Below are positions 26,490 to 42,754 of a stretch of DNA of 64,000 nucleotides, one piece after another. This DNA is from Eledone cirrhosa (taxonomy: Eukaryota): positions 270,320,001-270,384,000 of the forward strand of contig OZ024740.1 of the NCBI GenBank assembly GCA_964016885.1. The letters run 5' to 3'. The number at the start of each line of letters is the position of its first letter. The first letter of the stretch is position 1. The position numbers and the translations under genes are program-made. The notes below the pieces were generated by a model. That model ran no database searches and was not told the DNA's origin. It saw only the letters and a list, made by a program, of their open reading frames with translations.

Positions 26490-28580
26490 AATAATACAGA
26501 TACAATATAGACACAAACACATATATATAGTTTATCATAAATCTTTCCTTGCACATCTACAACATCGTCAGTGGTGCTATTGTTTCCTCCCGTTACATTG
26601 TATGTCTACGCCATTTTTATTTAGTCTGTCTGTATATTTATTTATTTATTTGCTTGTTTGTTTATTTTATTTTGTCTTCTTTGCGCATGCATTTGCGTGT
26701 ATGTATAGTGTTTTGTTTGATGTGTGTTCGTGATTGGGTGACTAGTGTGTCTTTATATGTGTTTGTTGTTATTGTGCTTGTGTATGTATTCATTTATTTA
26801 TTTATCTATGTATTTATTTATTTATACTTCTCTTAGGTCAGTGTTGTTTGTTTGGGTGTTGTTGTTATTCCATTCATTCTTTCTGTTTCGTCTTGGCCTT
26901 CTAAGTTCTATTTCACTGGCCTCTCTGATTTGCCTATCTGCTGGGTCATTTCTATGTTTAGATGTTATTCTAATTTCTATGTTGTCTATGTTACCGTCGT
27001 GTTGTTGTCTGGCATGTTCGTATAGTACTGACACGTTTTTTCGTCCTTTTAGTTCCCCCCAGTGTTGGTCTATCCTTTCACCTATGCTACGAGCTGTCTC
27101 ACCTATGTATGTTGTTGTCATGTTTCTGCAAGTACCCTCTGTACATCTTATGCTATAGACTACGTTTCTAGTTTTACAGTTTATCCGGGGGTTTACCTTA
27201 CATATGATACATTTCCTATTAGTACAGTGGGTTTTCTTAAAAGGCTAGGTTTGGCTGATCAGGGATTTTATGGTGGTTCCTGGCTTTTCTGCCACCTTAA
27301 TCTTTAAGTGGGTCTTTCTCAGGGCCTTTCTACACTGGTTAGCTAATTTCCCTCCAGGGGTAGCGTCCACGAACATGACACTCTGGTATCTCTAATTGTC
27401 GTACCATTAGGTGGCTTTCCCTATCTTATGTCTAGCCCTATCTAAGCTATTCCATGATTTGCTCCTGTATAATGGACAAATTCCTTTCATGTCCAGTTCT
27501 ATGATGGTCTTATACCTCTCCATGGCTCCTTCGTATACTCTGACTCTGTCTCTTTGGTTGTAGCCAGAGAACTGCATGCGGTTGATGAAGTGTTGGATGT
27601 GTCTTTCCATTTCTGTTGGGTCGCACATGCGGGACACATTCGTCATCACTCGTACCAAATCTGCGATCAGAATATTAAACTTAGCACTACTGGACATTGC
27701 TGAGTTTTTGAGTATTAGGTATTTGGAGGCCATGGGTTTAGCGTAGTGTGAGTGGAGAATTTGGGCTCTCTCGTCTATAGTGTTAATCCAGAGTTCCGTG
27801 TCTAATACAGGTAGTGTATTGTTAGGGTGTTTGGAAGGGAAGTCGATAGTTAGAGTTATACTATGGTGTACGGAATTAGCTATCTGCTGGATGCTTTCCA
27901 TTGTGCTACGTTCTAAATCAAACTTGTTAGTGCTCTCTAGTGGGGATGTTCTTATAACTATATTGATATCGTCTACATAACGAGAGTACATGATGAGGTC
28001 TACGGAGCTCTCATTAAGGAGATCTTTAAGTCTCCTTTCCCACCATACCATGAAAAGGTTGGCAACATCACCAGCTATGCTGACGCCAATGGCTGCTCCC
28101 TCATTTTAGTTGTAGATCTTCTCGTTGAACTTGAATATGTGGCCCTTTAGGGTAGTTTTGATACTAGCCCCTATTGCATGTGCGACCATTTTTCTTACCT
28201 GATCATTGTTTTGGGGGGTCCGTATGGCTTTGGTCCACCCAATCCACCTTCCCATGGGAGTCTTTTTTGCCATTGAGGTTATGGTGTGGGGTCTACCTCT
28301 TATGGGTCTACTAGGGCAGAAACGTCTAAGGTCATGGCTGTCTAGGTAGTCAGTGTCGTAGGTAAGTCTAAGTTGGAGGCCCAGTTCGTCTGTGTCGACG
28401 TCGCAGAACTCCGCCTCACTCTCAATGATCATATTTCACACATTTTTCCACAGCAAAATTTTGCGAACACACATCGAACAAAACACTATACACACACGCA
28501 AACGCATGCGCAAAGAAGACAAAATAAAATAAACAAACAATCAAATAAATAAATAAATATATGGACAGACTAAATAAAAT
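26490..28580 (-). mobile_element. Penelope-like element with inverted terminal pLTR piece
   Basis: HIFKFNEKIY, GAAIGVSIAGDVANLFM, YSRYVDD, LPVLD, YAKP (RT); YIGETARSIGERIDQH...RQIREA (GIY-YIG). 28465-28580 is the reverse complement of 26616-26730. Confidence 0.9.
26533..26576 (-). ncRNA. Degenerate type I hammerhead in the pLTR
   Basis: cacca-CTGACGA-tg ttgta gatg tgcaa g-GAAA-gatt-TA-tgata; stems I and III carry transition mismatches. Confidence 0.5.
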
Positions 28581-30670
28581 CTCTATACAGGTTGAGGCCA
28601 ATCTCTCGGTCGTTAATTACCTCGACGTTACCCTCACATTATTGAATGGGTTGTATTACCCGTATAGAAAGCCGAATGATACGCTTAATTACATAAGTAA
28701 GCATTCCAACCTTACTGCCAGCATAACCAAGAACCTGGTAAGAAACGTTTCGTTGAGGCTTTCCCGTCTTTCCACCAACGAGCGTATTTTCAACGACCAT
28801 TCCATTTATTAGAATGAAGCTCTTGCTCGAAGTGGATTTGTCGATAAGATACCATATATAGAGTACGAAAATAGACCTAGAAGAAATAGATCCCGTCGCA
28901 TTTGTTGGTATAACCCACCACATAATATGGAGGTGGCCACACCATTAGCTAAGATCTTTCTTTCCCTTATTACGAAGCATTTTCCCCCTACACATAAATA
29001 TAGTAAACATTTAAAATAGAAATACTATTAAAATTTCTTACTCTACGACTCCTAACTTTGCACATAACATGACAGCTTCAAATTCAGCTAAACTACCTAG
29101 CCGTAGGAACACGTGCAACCCTGTAGTTAGTACTAACTGTAATTGGAGGAATCGGGTTGATTGCCCCCTATCCGGGAAATGCCTCTCCAGTAACATTGTC
29201 TACAAATGTAAGGTTGTAACACCCACGTCCCATAGGACCTACATAGGGTTAACCGCCAATAGATTCAAGAAGCGTCTTTACGTGCATACCCATTCTTTTC
29301 GTTACCCTCTAAGAAGGAATATGACGTCACTTTCAGCTTATATCTGGAGTCTAAAAGACAACCACACCCAATATAAGTTACACTGGGAGATCCTAGTTAG
29401 GGCTAGATCGTATAACGGAAATAAAAGACCATGTGACCTCTGCGCCGCTGAGGCCCTGGAAATACTCTACGCCACAGACCACATCTTAAACAAAATATCT
29501 GAGGCAATTTCGGCTTGTAAACATAAATTGCACAAAACTTTCCTGTATTACAGCCCCACGTTATACCCTAACGGATAGTACGATCTATACGTGGATATTT
29601 TACGTCTTGATGTGGGAGCTAAGTATATGTTTTGTTTATACCTTTACTTATTTGCATAGGTAAGTATATATTACCCGTATGTTTTGTGAAGGTACGTATA
29701 CCTTCTCGTACGTATATTTGATAGTTATGGCGTATAATTTTATATATTCTGGTACATATCGTTTGGCTATGTGTATACGGGAGTTTTGCGTCTGTGTGAG
29801 TATGCAGGTTCGTACGTATGTAGTGTGTGTGTATATGTGTACATCATGTTTTGGTTGACTTACGTCTCCGAACATTCGTGAATTTACATGTAGGTATGTG
29901 TGTGCGCTTGTTATATACGTATTTATTTATTTATATACGTTTATATAATTATTTATTTATTTGTATACACGCATACACACACACACATATTTATATGTGC
30001 ATGGTTTTGTATACCTATGGTAAGTTTTTGCGTATGCTTGTGTATGTACGTATTTGTTTGCGTGTATGTATTTATTTATTTCTATTACTTCTGAATTGTA
30101 TTTATTTACTTTATTCTTAACTTTGTAGCGGAGATTCATTCGGTCTCCTAGTTAGAATTTTAGTCTACGACTTCTGCTATACCGTTTAAGTGGTTTGGTT
30201 TTTGCGTGCTATTGTTCTCTACGCACCACATATGACGTATTATCTTCGTTTTTTTTGTTCATTGCCAGAGAACGTCTCTATGCACCACCTAAGAGAACAT
30301 TAGTCTACGACCTCTTTTATACCATAAACGTGGTTCTGTCCTTGCGCGTAATTGTTTTTCACCGTTCCTATTAATGACGTATTATTCGTTTTTTCCCGTT
30401 CTTCGCCAGCGAACGTTTCCATGAACCAAAGTATCGTCTTCCTGTCTTCCTCCGGTTGCAACGTTTTTTGAAATATCCAGATCTGCGTTTACAGATTGAC
30501 TTTGTTAGTTTCAGAAGATCCCGTTAAGGGTGAAAGCAGCGATTCCTTGCTTAAACTTTCATCTGTTATTTTAATAAATATTTGCTCTACGATTCTTATA
30601 TATTTGATATATATTTATCCTTATCGAGCCCTCTTTGGATTTTAGTCTTCAAATTTATTATTACTACTAT
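28581..30670 (+). mobile_element. Penelope-like element, 5'-truncated
   Basis: VNYLDVTL, YPYRKPN; ORF 29069-29578 CPLSGKCLSSNIVYKC...YIGLTANRFKKRLYVH...CDLCAAE...CKH (GIY-YIG); pLTR ends in (TA)n. Confidence 0.92.
30507..30557 (+). ncRNA. Hammerhead-like motif with CAGAAGA (U4A) core; also 35283-35333(-), 36812-36862(+), 38296-38346(-)
   Basis: agttt-CAGAAGA-tccc gttaa gggt-GAAA-gcag...ttgc-TT-aaact. Confidence 0.7.
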
Positions 30671-30780
30671 AATATATATATATAATATTTATATATATAT
30701 AATATATATATATATAAATAATATATATATAAAATATATATATATATATAATATATATATATAATATATATATTTATATA

Positions 30781-30952
30781 TGCCACAAGGCCATCAATTA
30801 CCCAGTATATTACTGGTACTTTATTTTATCGACCCCGTAAGGATGAAAGGCAAAGTTAACATCGGCAGGATTTGAACTCAGTCCGTAAAGGGACGTAACT
30901 ATCCTGGAAAGCATGGCGTCCGACTCTCCACCGATACTGCCAATCCACCGCC
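30781..30952 (-). mobile_element. SINE family 1 in an AT tract
   Basis: Matches the family consensus by eye. Confidence 0.9.
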
Positions 30953-31202
30953 ATGTTATATAAATATATATAATATATATATATAATATATATAATATAT
31001 ATATATATATATAATATATATATATATAACATATATATATATAATATATATATATATTTAATATATATATATATATATAATATATATATAATATATATAT
31101 ATTTAATATATATATATAATATATATATATATATAATATATATATATATATATAATATATTGTATATATATATATAATATATATATATATAAATAATATA
31201 TA

Positions 31203-31233
<31 letters not shown>

Positions 31234-31426
31234 ATTATATATATATTATATATATATTATATATATATATATATTATATATATTTATATAATATATATAT
31301 AATATAAATATATATAATATATATATATATATATATAATATATATATAATATATATATAATATATATATATATATAATATATATATATATAATATATATA
31401 TTATATATATAATATATATATATATA

Positions 31427-31458
<32 letters not shown>

Positions 31459-31496
31459 ATATATATATATATATATAATATAAATATATATAATAT

Positions 31497-31539
<43 letters not shown>

Positions 31540-33567
31540 TATATAATATATATAATATATATATATATATAATATATATATATATAATATATATATATAT
31601 ATAATATAATATATATATAAAAAATATATATATATATATATATAAATAATATACAATATATATATTATATATATATATAAAATATATATATATATAATAT
31701 ATATATGTATAATATATATTTAATATATATATATAATATATATATATAATATATATATATATATAATATAATATATGTAGGAGGTGAGTTTTATTGTAGT
31801 ACAATAAAGCAAATTGCAACATAGTTAACCTTAATATTATTAAGAACAATATACGTAATCTCTTTAACCAACATAACTTAAAAATTGAATTTGATAACAG
31901 CATGAAACTAGCTAATTTCTTGGATGTATCTCTTAATTTTGACACTGACCTATATTACCCTTACCATAAAAACAATGAGAACCTAAATTATGTTAATTTT
32001 AGATCTAACCACCCCACTAATATTAAGAATGCTATAGTTAGTAATATTGGAAAAAGAATATCTAACCTATCTTCTAATAAAAAATATATTTGATGCTAAC
32101 GCCAATTACTATAATAACGCGCTTTCTAAAGCCGGCTATCCTGATAAAATCAAATATAGTAAAGAAACAAATTCTAGAAGATCTTACAGTAGAATAATTA
32201 ATCATGATCATTCCAATAACTTTAATAAAAGACCTAGAGACAAAAACATAATCTGGTATGATGCTCCTTTCTCCATCTCTATTAATAATAATATTCCTAA
32301 ATTATTCTTTAGTGCCTTAAATAAATGCTTCCCTCCCTCACATATCTATAGTAAAATATTTAACAAACACACTATAAAATTTTCCTATTCGACCTCCTCC
32401 AACATTTCCAACATTATCTCTAAACACAACAATAAAATACTAAATACTATATCTCTTCCTTCCAACACTGAATATCATAATAATAGTAATAGTACTCCCG
32501 ACGTCATTGTAAACTCTAGGCTAATTTCTGCAAACCCAAATACAACGTCAAACACAACTTCGCTAAATGTTCTTAATCCCATTCTAAATCAAGAAACTAT
32601 TATTCCTCTCGCAAATAACTTCTCCAATCCAATTCCTTCTATAGATAACACTAGGTCACTCGTTAATAATCTCTCTAATCGACATTGCAATTGCCCTGTT
32701 AAAAATATATGTCCTCTCAACAACCATTGTCTTGATAAAAACTTAATCTACGAATGTAAAGTTATAACTGACACCAATTCCTTCACCTATTTTGGCTCCA
32801 CTTCCACCTCCTTTAAAGCTCGTCTTTATAATCATCATTCTTCTTTTAAATACCAACTTAAAAGAACTCATATGGTCCTTGAAAGACAAAAATATTAAAT
32901 ATAACATCTCTTGGAAAAAGGTTTCTTCTGCTTCTCCATACTTGAACAGTTCTCTATCCAAGACTTGCAATCTCTGTCTAAATGAAAAATTTACCATTAA
33001 ATCTAATTTAGATTCTATAATAAATAGACGCACTGACTTGTTTTCTCTCTGCTTGCATAAATTCCACAGAACATTCCATAAAGTATACAGCTAATATCCA
33101 ATACTTTATCAATTTAGAATCCTTTTCTCAAAGGCACATATATCTATATATATATATACTTCTTTAAAAATATACCCATCTTTCTACCTTATTTCAAAGT
33201 TATATATTATACATTATATAATACTAGTTACTCATTCTATATCACTCCTATTTATCACTTCCCTTTCTTCCTTTTCCTTTTCTTTTCTTTTTCTTTTAAT
33301 TTCTAACCCCTAATCTGTACCTTTTCTCACTGTGCCTAACATAGAAACAATTATTACACAATACAATATATTCTTACTTTATATCACCTTGAAAAAATCC
33401 TTCGTAAACATAAATATTTTTTTGACGTTAGATTATTCATCCTCAATTCATTATTTTTTCTCACTTTCATGCTCATCTAACTTATTCAAGCTCATCTAAC
33501 TATTTCATCCTATCTTCTACTTCTTTCACAATATATCCTTACTTACATTACTTTTGCTATTTTTAAT

Positions 33568-33800
33568 AATACATATCAACAATTTCTTTCCATCGCACAT
33601 ATTATTAAACGCTAAAATATTATTCTTAATACATACTAACATTTTCTTTCCATCGCACATATTATTAAACACTTAAATATTATTCTTAATACATATTAAC
33701 ATTTTCTTTCCATCACATATATTATTAAACCCTTAAATATTATTCTTAATACATATTAACAATTTCTTTTCATCGCACATATTATTAAACCCTTCAATAT
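33568..33800 (+). repeat. 60-bp minisatellite, about 4 copies, in the PLE 3'UTR
   Basis: Unit aatacatattaacattttctttccatcgcacatattattaaacccttaaatattattctt. Confidence 0.9.
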
Positions 33801-34156
33801 ACAAACCTTAACTTTACATTATTTTTCTCTTCGTTAATTTTCAAATTCTTTTAATTTATACATTATCTTCCAACGGTTTTTCAACCTCTCTATGTAAAAC
33901 AATACATTTTTCTCAGTTATAAAAGCTATCTCTCTCTCTCTATCACCCATCTCTCCTCCTATCTCATCCTTCCATTATACTCCTCCCCCTCCACATTTTA
34001 CTCTCATCTCCTCCTCTTTTTAATCCTTTCCACCCCCCAGCCCCGCTCAAAAAATTTTTTTACCAGTATCAAACATCAATCTAAAACTACTTTTCATATG
34101 TTGATTTAAAAATGCACTATCCACAAGTGTTTTTTAACCTTCATATCATGTCTTCC

Positions 34157-34227
34157 TATTTTATCTGATGAAAACACAAATATTATTGCATGATGATGTT
34201 TGTTTTTGAAATGCGCATAATAAAATA
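34157..34227 (+). ncRNA. Type I hammerhead ribozyme
   Basis: tattttat-CTGATGA-hairpin stem II-GAAA-tgcgca-TA-ataaaata; 8-bp stem I. Confidence 0.9.
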
Positions 34228-34312
34228 CATGGAACTCTTTTAACCATCTTTTGATCTTATATATTTTAATATAATATATATATATGTATAATATATATTA
34301 TATATATATAAC

Positions 34313-34358
<46 letters not shown>

Positions 34359-34548
34359 AATATATTATAAATATATATATAATCTATATATATATATAAT
34401 ATATAATATATATATATAATATATATATATATATAATATATATATATAATAAATATATTATAAATATATATATAATCTATATGTATATATATAATATATA
34501 ATATATATATATATATAATATATTTTTATATATATATATATATAATAT

Positions 34549-34582
<34 letters not shown>

Positions 34583-34636
34583 ATATATATATATAATATA
34601 TATATAGTATATATATATTTAATATATATATATAAT

Positions 34637-34681
<45 letters not shown>

Positions 34682-34695
34682 TATATATTGTATAT

Positions 34696-34727
<32 letters not shown>

Positions 34728-34786
34728 CAATATATATATATAATATATATATAATATATATATATATAATATAAATATATATATAT

Positions 34787-34825
<39 letters not shown>

Positions 34826-34829
<4 letters not shown>

Positions 34830-35012
34830 GTTTCTACTTTAGGCACACGGCCAGCAAATACCCAGTGCATCACTGGTACTTTATTTTATCGACCCCGTAA
34901 GGATGAAAGGCAAAGTCAACCTCGGCGGGATTTGAACTCAGATCGTAAAGGGAAGTAACTATGTTGGAAAGCATGGCGTCCAACCCTCCACCGATACAGC
35001 CAATCCACCGCC
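34826..35012 (-). mobile_element. SINE family 1
   Basis: Full-length match to the family. Confidence 0.9.
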
Positions 35013-35060
35013 ATATTATATATATATATTATATATATATATATAATATATATATATATA

Positions 35061-35093
<33 letters not shown>

Positions 35094-35259
35094 ATATATA
35101 TATAATATATGTATATATAATATATATATATATAATATATATATATATAATATATATATATATAATATATATATATATATAATATATATATATATAATAT
35201 ATATATATATAATATATATATATATAATATATATATATATAATATATATATAATATATA

Positions 35260-36975
35260 TATTAATTAAAATAACAGATTAAAGTTTAAGCAAAGAATCG
35301 CTGCTTTCACCCTTAACGGGATCTTCTGAAACTAACAAAATCAATCTGTAAACGCAGAACTGGATATGTCAAAAAACGTTGCAACCGGAGGAAGACAGGA
35401 AGATGATACTTTGGTTCGTGGAAACGTTCGCTGGCAAAGAACGGGAAAAAACGAATAATACGTCATTAAAAAGAGCGGTGAAAAACAATTACGCGCAATG
35501 TCTACAAGTGTAAGGTTGTAACACCCACGCCCCGTAGGGCCTACATAGGGTTAACCGCCAATAGTTTCAAGCAGCGTCTTTACATACATACCCATTCTTT
35601 TCGTTACCCTCTAAGAAGGAATATGACGTCACTTTCAGCTTATATCTGGAGTCTAAAAGACAACCACACCCAATATAAGTTACACTGGGAGATCCTAGCT
35701 AGGACTAGATCGTATAACGGAAATAAAAGAACATGTGACCTCTGCACCGCTGAGGCCCTGGAAATACTCTACGCCACAGACCACATCTTAAACAAAACTT
35801 CTGTCGCAATTTCGGCTTGTAAACATAAATTGCACAAAACTTTCCTGTATTACAGCCCCACGTTATACCCTAACGGATAGTACGATCTATACGTGGATAT
35901 TTTACGTCTTGATGTGGGAGCTAAGTATATGTTTTGTTTATTCCTTTACTTATTTGCATAGGTATGTATATATTACCCGTATGTTTTGTGAAGGTATGTA
36001 TACCTTCTCGTACGTATATTTGATTGTTATGGCGTATAATTTTATATATTCTGGTATTTAGGGTTTGGCTATGTGTATACGGGAGTTTTGCGTCTGCGTG
36101 AGTATGCAGGTTCGTACGTATGGTGGGTGTGAGTATATGTGTACTTCCTGTTTTAGTTGACTTACGTCTCCGAACATTCGTGTATTTATATGTAGGTATG
36201 TGCGTGCGCTTGTTATATACGTTTTTATTTACTTATATACGTTTATATAATTATTTATTTATTTGTACACAAGCATACACACACACACATATTTATATGT
36301 GCGTGGTTTTGTATACCTATGGTAAGGTTTTGCGTATGCTTGTGTATGTACGTATTTGTTTGCGTGTATGGATTTATTTATTTCTATTACTTCTGTATTG
36401 TATTTATTTACTTTGTTCTTAACTCTGTAGCTCAGATTCATTTGGTCTCCTAGTTAGAATTTTAGTCTACGACTTCTGCTATGCCATTTACGTGGTTTTG
36501 TCTTTGCGTGCTATTGTTCTCCACGCTCCACATATGACTTATTATCTTCATTTGTTCGTTCATTGCCAGAGAACGTCTCTATGCACCACCTAAGAGAACA
36601 TTAGTCAACGACCTCTTTTATACCATAAACGTGGTTCTGTCTTTGCGCGTAATTGTTTTTCACCGCTCCTATTAATGACGTATTATTCGTTTTTTCCCGT
36701 TCTTTGCCAGCGAACGTTTCCACGAACCAAAATATCGTCTTCCTGCCTTCCTCCGGTTGCACCGTTTTTTGAAATATCCAGTTCTGCGTTTCCAGATTGA
36801 TTGATTTTGTTAGTTTCAGAAGATCCCGTTAAGGGTGAAAGCGGCGATTCTTTGCTTAAACTTTAATCTGTTATTTTAATTAATATTTGCTCTACGGTTC
36901 TTATATATTTGATATATATTTATCCTTATCGAGCCCTCTTTGAGTTTTAGTCTTCAATTTTATTATTATTACTAT
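35260..36975 (+). mobile_element. Second copy of the 28.6-30.7 kb PLE family, with inverted pLTR at its 5' end
   Basis: 35498-36975 is closely similar to 29197-30670; 35260-35497 is the reverse complement of about 36643-36885. Confidence 0.92.
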
Positions 36976-36986
36976 ATATAATATAT

Positions 36987-37028
<42 letters not shown>

Positions 37029-37126
37029 AATATATAAATATATAAATATATATATAATATATATATATATATAATATATATATATATATAATATATAAAT
37101 ATATATATAATATATATATATGTATA

Positions 37127-37163
<37 letters not shown>

Positions 37164-37189
37164 ACAATATATATATATATAATATATAT

Positions 37190-37232
<43 letters not shown>

Positions 37233-37251
37233 CAATATATATATAGATATA

Positions 37252-37283
<32 letters not shown>

Positions 37284-37323
37284 CAATATATATATATATA
37301 ATATATATATATATATAATATAT

Positions 37324-37359
<36 letters not shown>

Positions 37360-37419
37360 CAATATATATATATATAATATATATATATATAATATATATA
37401 TATAATATATATATATAAT

Positions 37420-37451
<32 letters not shown>

Positions 37452-37611
37452 ATATATATATAATATATATATAATATATATATATAATATATGTATATAT
37501 AATATATATATATATAATATATATATTTATATATAATATATATATATATATAATATATGTATATATAATATATATATATATATAATATATATATATATAT
37601 ATAAGATATAT

Positions 37612-37643
<32 letters not shown>

Positions 37644-37791
37644 ATATATAAATATATAAATATATATATAATATATATATATGTATAATATATATATATA
37701 TATATATATATATCATATATATATACAATATATATATATATAATATATATATATATATAATATATATATATATATATTATATATATACAAT

Positions 37792-37835
<44 letters not shown>

Positions 37836-37855
37836 ACAATATTTTATTATTATTA

Positions 37856-37965
<110 letters not shown>

Positions 37966-38025
37966 ATATATATATATTACATATATATACAATATATATA
38001 TATATATAATATATATATATATAAT

Positions 38026-38092
<67 letters not shown>

Positions 38093-38131
38093 ATATATAT
38101 ATATATATATATAATATATATATATATATAT

Positions 38132-38182
<51 letters not shown>

Positions 38183-38186
<4 letters not shown>

Positions 38187-38348
38187 TAATAATAATAAAA
38201 TTGAAGACTTAAATCCAAAGAGGGCTCGATAAGGATAAATATATATCAAATATATAAGAACCGTAGAGCAAATATTTATTAAAATAACTGATTAATGTTT
38301 AAGCAAATAATCGCTGCTTTCACCCTTAACGGGATCTTCTGAAACTAA
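38183..38348 (-). mobile_element. Solo pLTR fragment of the same PLE family
   Basis: Reverse complement of about 36810-36975. Confidence 0.85.
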
Positions 38349-38445
38349 TATAATATATATATATATATAATATATATATATATATAATATATATATATAT
38401 TATATATATAATATATATATATATAATATATATATATAATATATG

Positions 38446-38494
<49 letters not shown>

Positions 38495-38499
38495 ATATA

Positions 38500-38690
38500 T
38501 AATTGTTTCTACGTTAGGCACAAGGCCAGCAATTACCCAGTGTATTACTGGTACTTTATTTTATCGACCCCCGTATGGATGAAAGGCAAAGTTAACCTAG
38601 GCGGGATTTGAACTCAGAATGGCAAGGGCCGTAACACTATGCGTCAAAGCATGGCGTCCGACCCTCTACCAATACTGCCAATCCACCGCC
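38500..38690 (-). mobile_element. SINE family 1
   Basis: Full-length match. Confidence 0.9.
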
Positions 38691-38822
38691 TTATAATATA
38701 TGTATGTATGGGTATAGTATATAATATATAGATATATATATATAAAGATATATATATACTATATATATATATAGTATGTATATATATTATATATATATAA
38801 TATATATATATATAATATATAT

Positions 38823-38855
<33 letters not shown>

Positions 38856-38857
38856 TG

Positions 38858-39160
38858 TAATACTTGGGGAGAGTCATGTTTGTGTAATATTGCCAGAATT
38901 AATAATAGAACACACTCACTGTTTGGTTGGTTTTCGCTTTTCGCTTCTGTGTCTTTTATATCGGTAATCTAACTTACTCGTTCCTCAATGTTGCCATTGA
39001 CCGATATAAAAGACACAGAAGCGAAAAGCGAAAACCAACCAAACAGTGAGTGTGTTCTGTTATTAATTCTGGCAATATTACACAAATATGACCCTCCCCA
39101 AGTATAACAATATTTGTTTCGACACACGATTTCATATAAAAAATCTCGCAATACTAATTC
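38858..39160. mobile_element. pLTR-like fold-back
   Basis: Arms at about 38860-38965 and 39000-39105; same family as 26284-26480. Confidence 0.7.
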
Positions 39161-39164
39161 ATCG

Positions 39165-39351
39165 CCGTTCAGTGGATTGGCAGTTTCGGTAGAGGGTCGG
39201 ACGCCATGCTTTCCAGCATAGTTACGCCCTTTACGATCTGAGATCAAATCCCGCCGAGGTTGACTTTGCCTTTCATCCTAACGGGGTCGATAAAATAAAG
39301 TACCAGTAATGCACTCGGTAATTACTGGTCTTGTGCCTAAAGTAGAAACAG

Positions 39352-39352
<1 letters not shown>
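39165..39352 (+). mobile_element. SINE family 1
   Basis: Near full-length match. Confidence 0.9.
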
Positions 39353-39421
<69 letters not shown>

Positions 39422-39644
39422 TATATATATAATATATATATAATATATATACATATAATATATATATATAATATACGGGGTAACAGATTATTGTTATAGG
39501 TTGTGCACTTAAGTGTAGTCCAATTATGGTACTCCGGGTAGTGGATGATATCAACGCTTGGCTAATTTTGACTCAACAAGGCGTTTCCATAGTGATGTTG
39601 CGAGTACGCTGTAATTCCTATGTTGTAAACACTTGGAGTAATGA

Positions 39645-40800
<1,156 letters not shown>

Positions 40801-40805
40801 TATAT

Positions 40806-40837
<32 letters not shown>

Positions 40838-41223
40838 ATATAAAGACCAATGGAAACATTGTTTCCACGGTCCGATTTGACGAAAGTCGATCGACTGTCG
40901 ATATATATATATATAATATATAAATATATATAATATATATATATATATAATATATATATTTATAATATATATATTTATAATATATATATAATATATATAT
41001 ATATAATATATATATATAATATATATATATATACATATAATATATGATTTGGCGCCCATCGTATTACCCATAGGCAGATCTCACACAATGCAGCCTCGAC
41101 AGATGAATACTGCTTGATTATGACTGACAATTGATACACCCAGGACACCATAGTGAAATACCAATATATGGAACATTACATTATGTAACATTCTCTCCTT
41201 ATCTTAATTTATATTCCTTTGAA

Positions 41224-41344
41224 GTTCCGATGAGCCGCTCTGTTTTTAAATATGTTAATTATTTTCAACTGAACCAGATCAATAATGATATATTTATTCA
41301 TTTGATCCAGAAATATTATATGGAGTAGCGAAACAATTGTAAAC
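41224..41344 (+). ncRNA. Hammerhead-like motif with CCGAUGA (U4C) core, separate family
   Basis: gtt-CCGATGA-gccgctctgt...atggagtagc-GAAA-caattg-TA-aac; stem I extension tcc/gga. Confidence 0.7.
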
Positions 41345-41371
41345 GGACATTATTATTATTAATATTATTAA

Positions 41372-41505
41372 GTTACGGCCCTTGTCATTCAGAGTTCAAA
41401 TCCCGCCGAGGTTAACTTTGCCTTTCATCCTTACGGGGTCGATAAAATAAAGTACCAGTAATATACTGGAATAATTGCTGGCCTTGTGCCAAAAGAAGAA
41501 ACAAT
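41372..41505 (+). mobile_element. 5'-truncated SINE family 1
   Basis: Flanked by the duplication attattattaatattatta. Confidence 0.85.
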
Positions 41506-41943
41506 TATTATTAATATTATTATTATTATACTCTACATACCTTACATCAAACTAAAATATTTGACAATCTTTTAATAATGTCTTCCTTGTGAAATTTGTG
41601 ATCTTGTTTTGCTTAACTAATGAATATATATATAATATATATATATATAATATGTATATATATTTTTATGTTACGATAATTTAACCGTCATTATACTGTT
41701 TCTATTGCATAATGTATTTTAAACTGTTCACTTACAGGTGTGTTTTTATATATGTATATGTTGTAGCACTTTTGTGTGTGTGTAGGCAGATGTGCATGCG
41801 TGCAGGTGTATGCATTTGGAAACACGTATGCGTATGCATGTGTTGATGTATGTATATCGGCATATGCGTGGGTATTTGTATGTATATGTGTGGATGGGCG
41901 TACGCATGTTAAGTTGTCCCTTTTCTTTTCTTTTGTGTATATA

Positions 41944-42013
<70 letters not shown>

Positions 42014-42702
42014 TGTGTGTGTGAGTGAGTGTGTATGTACGCGTGTAGGTAATGTTTATCTACGTATATGTATTCGTATGTATGTGTGGACACGTGTGAG
42101 TATACATTTACGTATATACGTGTGTGTGTGTATGTATGTATGTATGTGTGTGTGTATATATAACCTGTCAAAGGGCAAAGGAGCTCTTAAGAGTCAATGG
42201 CCATCCAAAATCACCGGGAGAGATGACCCCTTAGCCTTTGTCAAAGCAGAATTCTAGGAGAAGGAAAACTCTGATGTAACACCTGCAACCCTGATGGTAT
42301 CCAATGATATTGACTTGTTCTTCTTTTTGGTAAATATCTTCTTGGTTAAGAGAGTGGGACTGGCTTTGTGCTGGGCCTTTGCTCACTATAAAAGCTTCAC
42401 GGCACAGGCATTGCTTTATATCTGGAGATCTCTCTGCACTTGTCGTCACATGGTACCATGGGCCCAGCACTATGTGTCAATAATTGTCACAAGTGTAGTG
42501 TTTGTACCAGAGTTTTCAAGTCGCTGGCTGGACTAAAAAGTCACACTCGTTCAGCGCATCGGTAGGGGTTCTCCTACATGGGTATAAAGTAGTGGCCGTA
42601 CTCGAAAACGAGTTGGCAGCCACCATATATATGTGTATACACATGTGTGTATATATGTATGTATGGGTATGTATGTGTTTATGTATATATGTGTGTGTAA
42701 GA

Positions 42703-42754
<52 letters not shown>

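Larger units (their letters stand above)
31774..34262 (+). mobile_element. Penelope-like element, 5'-truncated
   Basis: LANFLDVSLNF, RSNHP, KIFNKHTIKFSYS, CNCPVKNICPLNNHCL...YFGSTSTSFKARLYNH, CNLCLNEK. The first 35 bp match 45975-46008 (inverted pLTR end). Confidence 0.92.

Noticed and set aside
33568-33800. Regularly spaced repeats as a possible CRISPR array
   Set aside because: Contiguous 60-bp tandem units with no unique spacers, in a eukaryotic transposon 3'UTR.
40868-40900. gtc..gac-GAAA-gtc gatc gac as a half hammerhead
   Set aside because: No CUGANGA upstream and G at the cleavage position; part of a small repeat also seen at about 14841-14885.
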